A stretch of 64,000 nucleotides of DNA from Isosphaeraceae bacterium (GTDB lineage: Bacteria > Planctomycetota > Planctomycetia > Isosphaerales > Isosphaeraceae). Shown piece after piece: positions 27,948 to 37,368 of this stretch (the first letter of the stretch is position 1; the number at the start of each line of letters is the position of its first letter). A program made the position numbers and the translations under genes. The notes beneath the pieces were generated by a model. It made no database searches. It saw only the letters and a list, made by a program, of their open reading frames with translations, and had not been told where the DNA came from. Where the stretch lies: positions 1 through 64,000 of the forward strand of contig CBDAVP010000001.1 in NCBI GenBank assembly GCA_965201075.1, written 5' to 3'.

Positions 27948-30374
27948 TTAAACGCGTGTGGCGGTCTGGGGCTGGTCGGCGATGGAACCAGGTTGGAGGC
28001 GTCGGGCGGCTCGCTTTTCTCGGTGTCGGTGGAGCAGGACGACGAAGGCTGGGACCAGGACCGGGCGGACGACGAAGGTGTCGAGCATCACGCCCAGGCC
28101 CAGCGCGAAGCCCAGTTGCTGGAGCGACAGGAGGCTGCCGGTCAGCATCGAGCCGAAGGTACAGGCCATGATGAGGCCGCAGGAACTGATGATGCCCCCG
28201 GTGTGGGCGATGGCCCGGCGAGTGGCCTCGATGGGCGGGTGGTCGCGCTCTTCTTCCAGGACCCGGGCCATCAGGAGGATGTTGTAGTCCTCGCCCACGG
28301 CCATCAGGATCACGAAGAGGAAGAAGCTGACCTTCCAGTCGAGGCCCACCCAGGGCTCGGGGCCGCTGTGCAGCGCCCGGAAGACGAGTTCCGAGATCCC
28401 CAGCGAGGCGAGGTAGCCGACGACCACCGTGGCCATCAGGTAGAGGCAGATTCCGGGTCGCCTCAGGAGCAGGACCAAAATCGAGTAGACGCCCAGGGTG
28501 ACCAGGATGTACATGCGATGCTGGTCGTGGGTGATGGCGGCCTTGAGGTCGCGGATCATCACCGTGGCGCCGGCGAGTCCGGTGGCGGCGCCGGCCAGGG
28601 GGCGGCCGGGGGCAAGGGTTTCGTGGACCGTTCGGCGGACCTCTTCCAGCGTGTCGAGGCTTTCCTCGGAGAACGGGTCGGTCTTGAAGGCGACGTCGAC
28701 CTTGGTGATGTGGCCGAGATCGGCGCGGTCGAGCTTGGGGTCGGTGCTGACGTAGCGGTCGTCGACCTGGGGGCGGATCGCCATGAAGAACAGTTGCTGT
28801 CGCCAGGCGCCTGGGCCTTCCTTCAAGGGGCCCAGCGGCTGGGAGACCGAGCGGACCTCGGCCACGTCCTTGAGGGCGGCGAGGCGGCGAGAGAGGTCGG
28901 CGACGGCGTCTCGGCCGGCAGGGGTGCGGAAGTCGAGCTTGGGGTCGCGGACCAGGACCGTGGTGCGGCCGAGCTCGCCGACGGGGAAATAGCGGCTGAT
29001 GATCCGCGTCCCCTCGATGCTGGGCTGGTCGGGCTTGAGGTCGGTCAACTGGCCGAAGTTGGCTCGGGTGGTCGCGCCCAGGGCCACGAAGGGGAGGAGG
29101 GCCGCGAGGCTGAGGGACAGGATCAAGCCGGGGCGGCGGACCACGGCGTCGGCCACGGTGAGCCAGAAGTTGTAGAGGGGGGCCTCGCTCTGGCTTTCTT
29201 CCTCGGGGTCGCGGTCTCGGTGGTGTCGAGGGGCGGGGTAGGGCCAGAAGACCGCCGCGCGGAGCCAGTGGAGCAGCACCGGAGTGAGCGTCAAAGTGGC
29301 CAGCAAGGCGATGGCCAGGCTCAGGGCGATGGCCGGGCCGGTGTAGCTGATCTTGGCGAAGCTGGAGAACGAGAGCATCCCCAGGCCGACGATCACCGTG
29401 CCGGCGCTGGCGAGCAGGGCGCCGCCGACCTGGCGGATGGCCTCACTGAGGGCCTCGTCACCGGGTCGGCCGCGGGCGAGTTCTTCTCGGTAGCGGGCGA
29501 TCAGGAACAGGCAGTAGTCGGTGCCGGCCCCGAACAGCACCACGATGACGAAAATCTGGGTGACGGTCATGACCTGGAAATGCAGGCCGGGAACCCGGGT
29601 GAGGGCCGCCAGGGCCTTGAGGGAGACCAGCACCGAGAGAGCGATCGTCACCAAGGGCGTCAGGGCCAGCAAAGGGGACTTGTAGACTATCAGCAAGATG
29701 ACCACCACCAGGGCGATGGTGGCGGTGGTGGTGGCGTGCATCGAGGTCGTCAACGCCTGGTTGGTGTCGTGGCCGACCAGGGCCGAGCCGGTGACCGGCA
29801 GGGTGGGGACGCCTCCCAGAGGCTTACGGGTCAGTCCCTCGGGAATCGACGAGAGGTTCTTGAGGACCTCCTCGATGCGGTCGACGGCCAGGCGGGTCTG
29901 CTTGGAGACGTAGGTCGAGCGGATCGACACGCTGGTCAGGGCGACCTGGCCGGGGCCGTCGCGGGCGTTGCCGATGAGGCGGGGGCCGACGACGGGCTCT
30001 CGGTAGTCGGTGACCTTGGCGATCTTGTCCTTGCCGGCCATCCCCTCGGAGGTCATCGCCTCGGTGCCGATGAGACTTCGCAGGCGGCGGGTGACCTCGC
30101 GGATGAAGGCGTAGTCGGCGTCGTTGAGCTTGCCGTCGGGGCGTTCGACGATGATGACGGCGTTGCAGCTTTCGGCGTCGGCGGGGAAGCCCCGCTGGAG
30201 CATCTCGGCGCCGATGACACTGGGGGAGCCGGGGGGGAAGAAGCGGACGTCGTCGTCCTGGTTAATGCTCTCCCACTTCGGCGCGAGGACCCAAAGGACG
30301 GCAATGGCAGCGCCCCAGGCCAGCAGGATCAGCCATGACCGTCGGGTCACCATCGCGGCGATCGTGGCAAACAT
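27948..30374 (-). CDS. MMPL/RND-family transporter
   Basis: Two MMPL repeats with FGAGTDYCLFLIARYREE and AVGEDYNILLMARVLEE. Confidence 0.93.
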   Translation of the reverse strand: MFATIAAMVTRRSWLILLAWGAAIAVLWVLAPKWESINQDDDVRFFPPGSPSVIGAEMLQRGFPADAESCNAVIIVERPDGKLNDADYAFIREVTRRLRSLIGTEAMTSEGMAGKDKIAKVTDYREPVVGPRLIGNARDGPGQVALTSVSIRSTYVSKQTRLAVDRIEEVLKNLSSIPEGLTRKPLGGVPTLPVTGSALVGHDTNQALTTSMHATTTATIALVVVILLIVYKSPLLALTPLVTIALSVLVSLKALAALTRVPGLHFQVMTVTQIFVIVVLFGAGTDYCLFLIARYREELARGRPGDEALSEAIRQVGGALLASAGTVIVGLGMLSFSSFAKISYTGPAIALSLAIALLATLTLTPVLLHWLRAAVFWPYPAPRHHRDRDPEEESQSEAPLYNFWLTVADAVVRRPGLILSLSLAALLPFVALGATTRANFGQLTDLKPDQPSIEGTRIISRYFPVGELGRTTVLVRDPKLDFRTPAGRDAVADLSRRLAALKDVAEVRSVSQPLGPLKEGPGAWRQQLFFMAIRPQVDDRYVSTDPKLDRADLGHITKVDVAFKTDPFSEESLDTLEEVRRTVHETLAPGRPLAGAATGLAGATVMIRDLKAAITHDQHRMYILVTLGVYSILVLLLRRPGICLYLMATVVVGYLASLGISELVFRALHSGPEPWVGLDWKVSFFLFVILMAVGEDYNILLMARVLEEERDHPPIEATRRAIAHTGGIISSCGLIMACTFGSMLTGSLLSLQQLGFALGLGVMLDTFVVRPVLVPAFVVLLHRHREKRAARRLQPGSIADQPQTATRV

Positions 30375-30477
30375 AAGATACGGTCGGTCCCTGCCTGCCA
30401 AGGTGGTCGGGCGGATCGGGTCGGTTCGGCGATCGGCCAGGGCTTGGTTGCGACGCCGCGGCGCTCCGTCTCCCGGA

Positions 30478-30507
30478 AGCATAAGGGATGACGCGACGGC
30501 CTGTCAA
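30478..30507 (-). promoter_or_regulatory. Putative sigma70 promoter of the MMPL gene
   Basis: TTGACA-N18-TATGCT. Confidence 0.55.
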
Positions 30508-31098
30508 AGTCAAACGGGGCCGGGCGTTTCGTCCACGAGACGGCCGCGGCTTGTTCAAAGGATCACGGCGTTTACGACCTGGCAGGGACGGACCGTGAAG
30601 CGACCCGGGCGTCGTGAGATCTTCGGGTCAACGGGAGTGGGATCGACCGAACACGATTGGGGACAGAACATGGACGGAGAGATTCGGGTTGGACGACCAC
30701 TGATCCCAGGGAAAAAGCGGGTCTTCCCCTATGCTTGCCCTGTCACCCATGTTGCCTCGGGTCCCCATCTCGCCCAAATCCTCGCTGGACTTTTCCAGGT
30801 TCATAATTCAATTTTCCAATGACAAGTTAGCGGGCAACACCTGGCAAGGTTACTCTGGTGGCCGCCGACACCTTCCGCGATGTGCTGAACTCCGCGCCGG
30901 CCGATTCGCGGTGAGTTTCTCGACGGCCTCACGTTGAGGTCGACCCAGCCCCGCAATCGTCTGTCGCCCCAGTCCGAGCAAAATCTAGCCCTGAGGGGGC
31001 AGGTCTCGGTTCTGAAGTTCGGGCCGAAGCTCCTGCTACAAGAGCTGACCTCCGATCCCAGGCGGCCGATCCATCGGGAGGATTCCCAAAGACGTCTG

Positions 31099-31297
31099 CG
31101 AGATTTTCGGATAAGGGTCATATGAAAGGTTTCCCGACATTGGGAAAAACAAAATAAAGTTTTATGTACTTTTCCCTTATGTACTTCTCTCTTATGTATT
31201 TCCTGACCCCTTACATACTTCCCGAGATTTTCGGATAAGGGTCATATGAAAGGTTTCCCGACATTGGGAAAAGTAGAATAAACTCTTATGTATTTCT
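31099..31297. repeat. Perfect 50-bp direct repeat (31099-31148 and 31223-31272) with internal ~15-bp TTATGTA units
   Basis: cgagattttcggataagggtcatatgaaaggtttcccgacattgggaaaa occurs twice, 124 bp apart, with an imperfect extension. Confidence 0.92.
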
Positions 31298-32239
31298 CTA
31301 AAAGGTGTCTGACCCTGCTCTGGTACTCAGGCTTTGCCAAACGGAGCGCGATAGAGATGATTTCAGAAAGGCGACATGACCATCGTGATAAAGTAAGTTG
31401 ATTCCGTCAATGTGGTAACTGCCAGTAGGGTAATTACCTAGCACGTAAGACCCTGGGTCATAATTGCAACTCCTGCTACCGGGCGGACTATTGAAATTGC
31501 AAAGCGTCGAGGCATAAACCCCTTCATACCAAAAGCAAAGCTTTGTCCATGAGCCAAAAGCGGTTGTTTGACGGGTCGCAGCTTCGCAAAGTGAGATAAA
31601 TTGTTGGTAATTTTGGCTTCCAGTTGCGGGCACACGGAAGACAACGGATGAATCGTCTGTCGCTTGAAACCTTCCAATTTTCCATTCGGCCATCGCAGCC
31701 GTAGTGGAAAGCCCATCGAGAATGTCAGCCGGAGAAATTGCACGGCGATTCTGAGTGGGGGACGTGCAAAACGTACCTGAGAAGTCGATCTCTTGGTAAC
31801 CGACCCCGCCGTTCCAAGCATAATTATTCGCCGCCTTGCGGACGCTATCGGGATCGCTCGGACAGAGGAAAGCCGAGATTGTAACCTTGCTGGCGGTTTC
31901 ATTGCTGCGTCCAGAAGAGAATGCCGAAACCCCTCCCGGCAAGTTGAAGTTGATGGAGTTGTACAAAGTTGCAAGTTCGATATGCGGCAGGATCATCACT
32001 TGCGCGGAAAAGTTGACACTATTGCCCAACGGGTATACCTTGTGCTCAGCCTCATAAGAGGCCAAGGCTAACCCAAGCTGTTTGAGATTGTTAACACAAG
32101 ATATTCTCCTTGATGCTTCACGTGCGGATTGTACCGCTGGGATCAAGAGTGCGATCAAGATTCCGATGACCGTGACGGTCACTAAAACCTCAATTAAGCT
32201 AATTCCATGATTTTTGGGAGTGACTTTACCTCTTAACAT
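31298..32239 (-). CDS. DUF1559 prepilin-type protein with H-X9-DG motif (low GC)
   Basis: GISLIEVLV...PAVQSAREASRRISCVNNLKQ; HIDGINLLYHDG. Confidence 0.92.
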   Translation of the reverse strand: MLRGKVTPKNHGISLIEVLVTVTVIGILIALLIPAVQSAREASRRISCVNNLKQLGLALASYEAEHKVYPLGNSVNFSAQVMILPHIELATLYNSINFNLPGGVSAFSSGRSNETASKVTISAFLCPSDPDSVRKAANNYAWNGGVGYQEIDFSGTFCTSPTQNRRAISPADILDGLSTTAAMAEWKIGRFQATDDSSVVFRVPATGSQNYQQFISLCEAATRQTTAFGSWTKLCFWYEGVYASTLCNFNSPPGSRSCNYDPGSYVLGNYPTGSYHIDGINLLYHDGHVAFLKSSLSRSVWQSLSTRAGSDTF

Positions 32240-32921
32240 GTATGGTCCTTGTCACTGAAGTAGCCTGCAAGACAGGGGCAGCATTTGGGACATTGCTGCT
32301 CACCCGGTACAGGGTCTCTGCACTTAGGTTAAAATCGCCTGGCGGCGTAGAAACGAGACTTCCGCGATACTCGTAAACGCCTTTGCTGTAACCAGCCAAT
32401 TTGAGGTGTGTGGACCTAAGAACGGATCTAGTTTTCGGCATTTGGAACTTGATTGAATCGGAATTATCCGTACCCGGAGGTAATGGTTTTGGGTGAGACT
32501 CTTTTCTTGCTTCGCGCTGACGATCGACATAAACCTGAACCAGGACCGGTGGTGATTGCAACACAGCAATATCGGGACTGTCGATGACAACAGTAACAAC
32601 CACCATCCATTCCATTGGCTTTTTGCCGATGGTAAGGGGGGAGTTGCTAGCCGGAGATATGATGTTGATTCGGTGTGTGGGAGGATTTGGACCGAGGGCG
32701 GCATAATTGGGTTTGAATGGTAGTTGGAAATTGCCCGGATCTGGCCATCCTGTTGAAGGATCCGTCGCGAAGGTTGTTACGTACAGCCGGTATCCGGTCA
32801 CTATGATCACTGGGATAACAATCAATGCAAGACAAACAAACTTCAGCTTTGATTTATTTAGGTCGATCATGGTTTTGCGCAAGTTAAATAATCTTGCAAG
32901 ATGTACCGTGAGGTCGCTCAA
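32226..32921 (-). CDS. Membrane-anchored hypothetical protein (low GC)
   Basis: N-terminal TM FVCLALIVIPVIIVTGY and a beta-rich C-terminus; overlaps the DUF1559 start. Confidence 0.6.
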   Translation of the reverse strand: MSDLTVHLARLFNLRKTMIDLNKSKLKFVCLALIVIPVIIVTGYRLYVTTFATDPSTGWPDPGNFQLPFKPNYAALGPNPPTHRINIISPASNSPLTIGKKPMEWMVVVTVVIDSPDIAVLQSPPVLVQVYVDRQREARKESHPKPLPPGTDNSDSIKFQMPKTRSVLRSTHLKLAGYSKGVYEYRGSLVSTPPGDFNLSAETLYRVSSNVPNAAPVLQATSVTRTIHVKR

Positions 32922-33014
32922 AATGTTCTAGTTCTGGTATTGATGGAATTAATCCCTTGAGATCTGTATGGAAGCCCGGCGTTGAAGCGTTTGAGTCCGG
33001 GATGATCAAGAGAA

Positions 33015-33037
33015 GTCACCGGTTATGTACCGGTGAC
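33015..33037 (-). terminator. Hairpin downstream of the hidden secreted-protein gene
   Basis: GTCACCGGT-N5-ACCGGTGAC followed by TTCTCTT on the minus strand. Confidence 0.5.
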
Positions 33038-33107
33038 CCTAATCATCGAATGATTTTTACGGTGTTGACTGGGCGTCGAGGCATCACTCGGCGAACTAGG
33101 AAATGAC

Positions 33108-33512
33108 TCAGGGTCCTAGGTCAAACTCCTTCGTTACGAAATCGCCTGTAGCGTTATCTTTGGCCGTGATACTCACGGTCCTTGAGGTTCTGGTCCCACT
33201 GCAGCCGGTGACTGTTCCACTGATGATATATTGCGTGCTCCCCCCAGGTCCCGCCGCCTGGTTGGTAGCTGTCATCGGCGTCACGCCAATCCCCGAACCT
33301 GTATATGTGACCGTGTAACTAGCTGAGTAAAAGCTGTAACCGGCAGGGATGGTCGCCTGACCGGCTGTAGTGTCGGAGAAGGTAGCACCCGGGAACGAAG
33401 GGTTGCTAACAGTATTAGTATTACTTGCAAGTTGAATGTCATCTGCTGAAGCGTTGCTCGCAGCAAGGCCAGCAGCAAGCAGGAATCATGACAGGACGAT
33501 GCGAAGTTTCAT
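33108..33512 (-). pseudogene. Small secreted Ser/Thr/Gly-rich protein with an in-frame TGA at codon 9 (not in the ORF track)
   Basis: MKLRIVLS*FLLAAGLAASNASADDIQL...TKEFDLGP*; 135 codons, purine-rich RBS AGAAAGGG, signal cleavage at ASA. Confidence 0.75.
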
Positions 33513-33747
33513 CGGGCCCTTTCTGGAGAGTGACTGGCGTCAAAGGGGAAGGAGGAAGAAAAATCTTTTACCCAAGTTTTTTGCTAGATGCAATCATCTA
33601 ACCAGAAGTTTCTTGAACCCACGGCGGACAAAGACGTCATTCTACTTTTCGATCGTGAGCTCCCACATAATCCCATTTGCACCGCTGAAAAGTATCTATA
33701 CCGAATACTAATTATTTTTTAGCCGATGCTTTGTTTTTCTGTCGTGA

Positions 33748-34115
33748 TCAAATCGATTTTGGTGGGGGACCACCATGCTCTTTCCCTGTGGACAGGCGTG
33801 CGAACCGGGCCCGGAAGTGCGCGGGGGCGGCGGCGATCTCCCCCAGGAATCGGTGGACGACTGGCAGTGGTTCGCGATGTCCCCGCTCCCAGGACCGCAC
33901 CGTCGAGGCGGAGACGCAACGGAAGTCGGCGAACATCCCCTGGCTCATCCCGAACGAATCCCTCAGCGCCCGAATCGCCGCCCCTTCGAAGGCCGGGGCT
34001 TGGCGTGTACCTCATAGTGGCGGACCGTGAATCGTTGCTCCAAAGGCTCGCCGGAGTCCAGGGCTTCCTTCAACTCGCGCAGTGCCACCAGGATCTCCCG
34101 ACCGGCCTTGCTCAT
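33748..34115 (-). pseudogene. HigA-like XRE HTH antitoxin, frameshifted near 33992
   Basis: MSKAGREILVALRELKEALDSGEPLEQRFTVRHY / FEGAAIRALRDSFGMSQGMFADFRCVSASTVRSWERG. Confidence 0.8.
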
Positions 34116-34201
34116 GGATTCCTCGGTGGGCGAGGAGCTTGTCAGGCATTTTCGACGAATCGACTTTTTTCGTCTTGAGAGCGCCCCCAGCCCCTTTGCT
34201 C

Positions 34202-34438
34202 CTATGTCCTTGGTTGCGGCGATTTCGGCACAAGAATGAGTTGGTCGGCTCGAACCTCAACGTCGGTCGTGGGCTTGTCTTGAATCCGTACGCGGAAGAT
34301 GGGGGCTCCGCCTGGGCCCAAAGGTCCGCGGTCCTCGATCATTTTGCCACTCGTCCTGCCGGAGTGCTTGATTTCCAAGCGGTCGCCGACCTTGAACTTC
34401 AGGACTTCCCTCGCCAATTTCTGGTTCGCTACGGTCGT
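34202..34438 (-). CDS. Small SH3/KOW-like hypothetical protein, apparent ACG (mutated ATG) start
   Basis: AAGGAG RBS 7 nt before ACG; FKVGDRLEI...IEDRGPLGPGGAPIFRVRI. Confidence 0.55.
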   Translation of the reverse strand, partial: TTVANQKLAREVLKFKVGDRLEIKHSGRTSGKMIEDRGPLGPGGAPIFRVRIQDKPTTDVEVRADQLILVPKSPQPRT

Positions 34439-34507
34439 TGACCTTCTCCTTTGGTCGTGAGAGCCAGTCCCCGTTTCCTCGGCCGAGACTCGTCGATGCC
34501 ACAAGCT

Positions 34508-36703
34508 CTAGGCCGTGCCGGCGAGTTCCGCCTGGGCCTGGTGGAGTCGGGCGTAGGGGCCTAGCCTTAGCAGGAGTTCGGCGTGGTGGCCGACCTCGAC
34601 GATTCGGCCTCGTTCCAGGACGACCAGGCGGTCGGCCTTGCGTAGGGTGCTGAGGCGGTGGGCGATGGCGATCGTGGTTCGGCCCCGGATCAGGTTGTCC
34701 AGGGCTTCCTGGATCTCTCGCTCGGTCTCGGTGTCGACGGCCGAGGTGGCTTCGTCGAGGATCAGGATTTTTGGGTCGATCAGCAGGGCCCGGGCGATCG
34801 AGATCCGTTGACGTTCTCCTCCGGAGAGAGACTGGCCGCGCTCTCCGACCATCGAGTCGTAGCCGTCGGCCAGGCGGAGGATGAACTCGTGGGCCCGGGC
34901 GGCTCGGGCGGCGGTGACGATTTGGTCGTTCGTGGCCTCGGGACGGCCGTAGGCGATGTTTTCGGCGATCGTGCCGAAGAAGAGGAACGGTTCCTGGAGG
35001 ACCAGGCCGATGTGGCGCCGGTAGTCGGAAACGCCGAAGCGGCGGATGTCGATGCCGTCGACCAGGATCGCCCCCTGGGCCACGTCGTAGAAGCGGCAGA
35101 CGAGGTTGACCAGCGTGCTCTTGCCCGAGCCACTCGCGCCGACCAGGCCGATCATCTCTCCGGGGGCGATCAACAGGTTCAGGTCGCGGACCACCGGGCG
35201 GTTGCCGTAGCGGAAGCCGACGTCTCGCAGCTCGATGCGGCCTTCAAGCTGGTCGCGGTCGACCGGCGAGGAGGGCTCGGGAACTCCGGGGGCCCGGTCC
35301 AGGACGTCGAAGAGACGCTGGGCGCTGGCGGCGGCCCGTTGGGTGGCCTGGACCATGCGGCTCATCGACTCCAGCCGGGTGTAGAACCGGCCGATCGAGC
35401 CGAGGAATGCCAGCAGAACCCCGGCGCTCACGCGGTCGTGGGCGACCTGGTAGAGCCCGACGGCCCAGACGATCAGGAGGCCGGCCTGGGTTAGCAGGGT
35501 GATCATGGGTCCGAAGAACGACCAGATGTGGTTGACCCGGTCGTTGGCGGAGAGGACCCGGTCGTTGGACTGGCGGAACCGGCGGACTTCGCGTCCCTCC
35601 TGAGCAAACGCCTTGACCACACGGACGCCGGGGATCGTGTCGGCCAGGACGCTGACCATCTCGGCCCAGGCGTGGTTGCCCAGGGTGAACCCGTGTCGCA
35701 GGTGGTGGCGGACGCGGTTGACCAGGAAGGCGATGACCGGGAAAGGGAGAATCGTCGCGACCATCAAGGTCAGGTCGATGGCACCCAGGACCACGGCCGT
35801 CATCAGGAACATCAAAATGTCGGTGCCGAAATCCAAGAGGTTGATCGAGAGGTAGTTACAGATCCGGTCGGTGTCGCTGCCGATGCGGCTCATCAGGTCG
35901 CCGGTGCGCTTGTTGCCGAAGTACGCCAGGGAGAGGCGCTGGAGGTGGGCGTAGGTGGCGTTGCGCAGGTCGGCGGCAATCCGCTCGCTGACCCAGGCGA
36001 TCACCGAGGTCCGCGCCCAACTGAGGAGCCACGTCAGAAGCGACGCCGCGGCGAGCAGGCCGAGATACCAGGGGACCAGGTGCGTGGGGGGGGCGGGCAG
36101 GTGGAGTTCGGGATGCTCGTGGCGGGCCTGATAGGGAAAGAGGATGTTGTCGGTCAGGGGGATGGTCAGCAGGGGGGGGATCATGCCGGCGGCGGTGCTG
36201 GCCAGGGTCAGGAAGAAGCCCAGCAGGATGATACCAATGCGGGGACGTCCGTAGGTGATGGCCAGCCTCAGCAGGGGAGCGGCGGTGGAGGTGGCTGGGG
36301 GCTCGGCGGCGAACTCGGCCGGGTCGGGGCCCAGGGGCGGCTCGTCGGTCGAGGCCAGTCGCAGGGCGTCCAGGCGGTCGGCCAGGGCGTGGGCCTCGGC
36401 GGACCGGCCCGCCGTGTATCGCCAGAGGGCCAGCCGGCGGTCGGGCCCGACCAGCTCAAGAGTGCCAAGGCCCCCCTTCTCACGGGCCCTCAGGGCGACG
36501 ACCGCGTCGAGGGGCCAGTCGCGAGTTTCCCCAACTTCGCTGGCCAGGACGCGAAGGTCGGTGACAACCACCGTGGCACGGGCGTATTGGAGGTGTTCGT
36601 TCAGGTCCGACTCGAACACCGCCAGGACCCGTTCCCCCGCTTGCAAACGGGTGATGAGACGCTCAGGGATGGTCGGGGCGTCCGTTGGGCTGGGCGGGTT
36701 CAA
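34508..36703 (-). CDS. Fused ABC exporter (N-terminal extra domain + TMD + NBD), cyanophycin-associated type
   Basis: GASGSGKST, LSGGERQR, ILDEAT, IAHRLST; 'KRTGDLMSRIGSDTDRIC' segment. Confidence 0.9.
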   Translation of the reverse strand: MNPPSPTDAPTIPERLITRLQAGERVLAVFESDLNEHLQYARATVVVTDLRVLASEVGETRDWPLDAVVALRAREKGGLGTLELVGPDRRLALWRYTAGRSAEAHALADRLDALRLASTDEPPLGPDPAEFAAEPPATSTAAPLLRLAITYGRPRIGIILLGFFLTLASTAAGMIPPLLTIPLTDNILFPYQARHEHPELHLPAPPTHLVPWYLGLLAAASLLTWLLSWARTSVIAWVSERIAADLRNATYAHLQRLSLAYFGNKRTGDLMSRIGSDTDRICNYLSINLLDFGTDILMFLMTAVVLGAIDLTLMVATILPFPVIAFLVNRVRHHLRHGFTLGNHAWAEMVSVLADTIPGVRVVKAFAQEGREVRRFRQSNDRVLSANDRVNHIWSFFGPMITLLTQAGLLIVWAVGLYQVAHDRVSAGVLLAFLGSIGRFYTRLESMSRMVQATQRAAASAQRLFDVLDRAPGVPEPSSPVDRDQLEGRIELRDVGFRYGNRPVVRDLNLLIAPGEMIGLVGASGSGKSTLVNLVCRFYDVAQGAILVDGIDIRRFGVSDYRRHIGLVLQEPFLFFGTIAENIAYGRPEATNDQIVTAARAARAHEFILRLADGYDSMVGERGQSLSGGERQRISIARALLIDPKILILDEATSAVDTETEREIQEALDNLIRGRTTIAIAHRLSTLRKADRLVVLERGRIVEVGHHAELLLRLGPYARLHQAQAELAGTA

Positions 36704-37368
36704 GGTCTGGGGCGCTCCGGGACGGGGGCACGAACGGGCGCCTGGCGGTCATGCTGACGCCGCCCCGATCCCGCCATTCTAAAGGCCGGCCCGCCTCGGA
36801 CCAGGCGAATCTCCCCTGAAACTCAAGAGATGCGGCGATGCGGAGTCTAGACGCCATTGAGGAGGGCCGTTCGTCGCGCGTGGGGAGACGTGTCGATCGG
36901 GAGCGACTCCGGCGGATCAAGTTCCTTTACGAAACATCCGAAACCCTTGGATGATATCAAATTTTTCTGGATTTTCGGATTCTTGTTGACTTTCCCCTCG
37001 AGCGCTAGGATGCTAGCAGTCATCCTCGCGAACTCGATAGAATATGACTCAGTTTTCTCTCCCCCATCGCTTTGTTGTCGACCGAGTTCGAGTTTTTTCA
37101 CCTAAGCTCCTCTTGTTGCGAACACCAGCCCAGTTGGGGCGGTCGTCGTGAGGAGGATTTGCTTGGCCATTGCCTGGCTTCGCTTCTCCATACGTTGCGT
37201 GTTGGAAGAACTGTGAAGGTCCGTCCTCGAAAAGGTTTTCGGTCGATCCGCGACGACTTTCTCGGTACACGGACGGCCGTTGAGAATACTCTTATCGCAT
37301 TTCTTTCTAGGCAGTGTAGACAAATTCTAGTGCTCACGTCCCACCCTTTTCGTCATCGGAGATTTCCC

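Noticed and set aside
27795..30338. 847-aa plus-strand ORF (and similar long antisense ORFs, e.g. 7053-8417, 13283-14893, 61237-63030)
   Set aside because: Shadow frames opposite well-supported genes, as expected in high-GC DNA.
27948..30374. MMPL as exporter for the KS/GH3 cluster product
   Set aside because: About 10 kb away with unrelated genes between; no evidence of linkage.
30520..31098. Transposase or integrase remnant at the islet border
   Set aside because: The translations show no DDE, HUH or tyrosine-recombinase motifs.
31099..31297. Possible CRISPR array
   Set aside because: Only two 50-bp copies, with a repetitive spacer and no cas genes.
33486..33488. Selenocysteine codon
   Set aside because: It lies in a signal peptide with no redox motif; a nonsense mutation or sequencing error is more likely.
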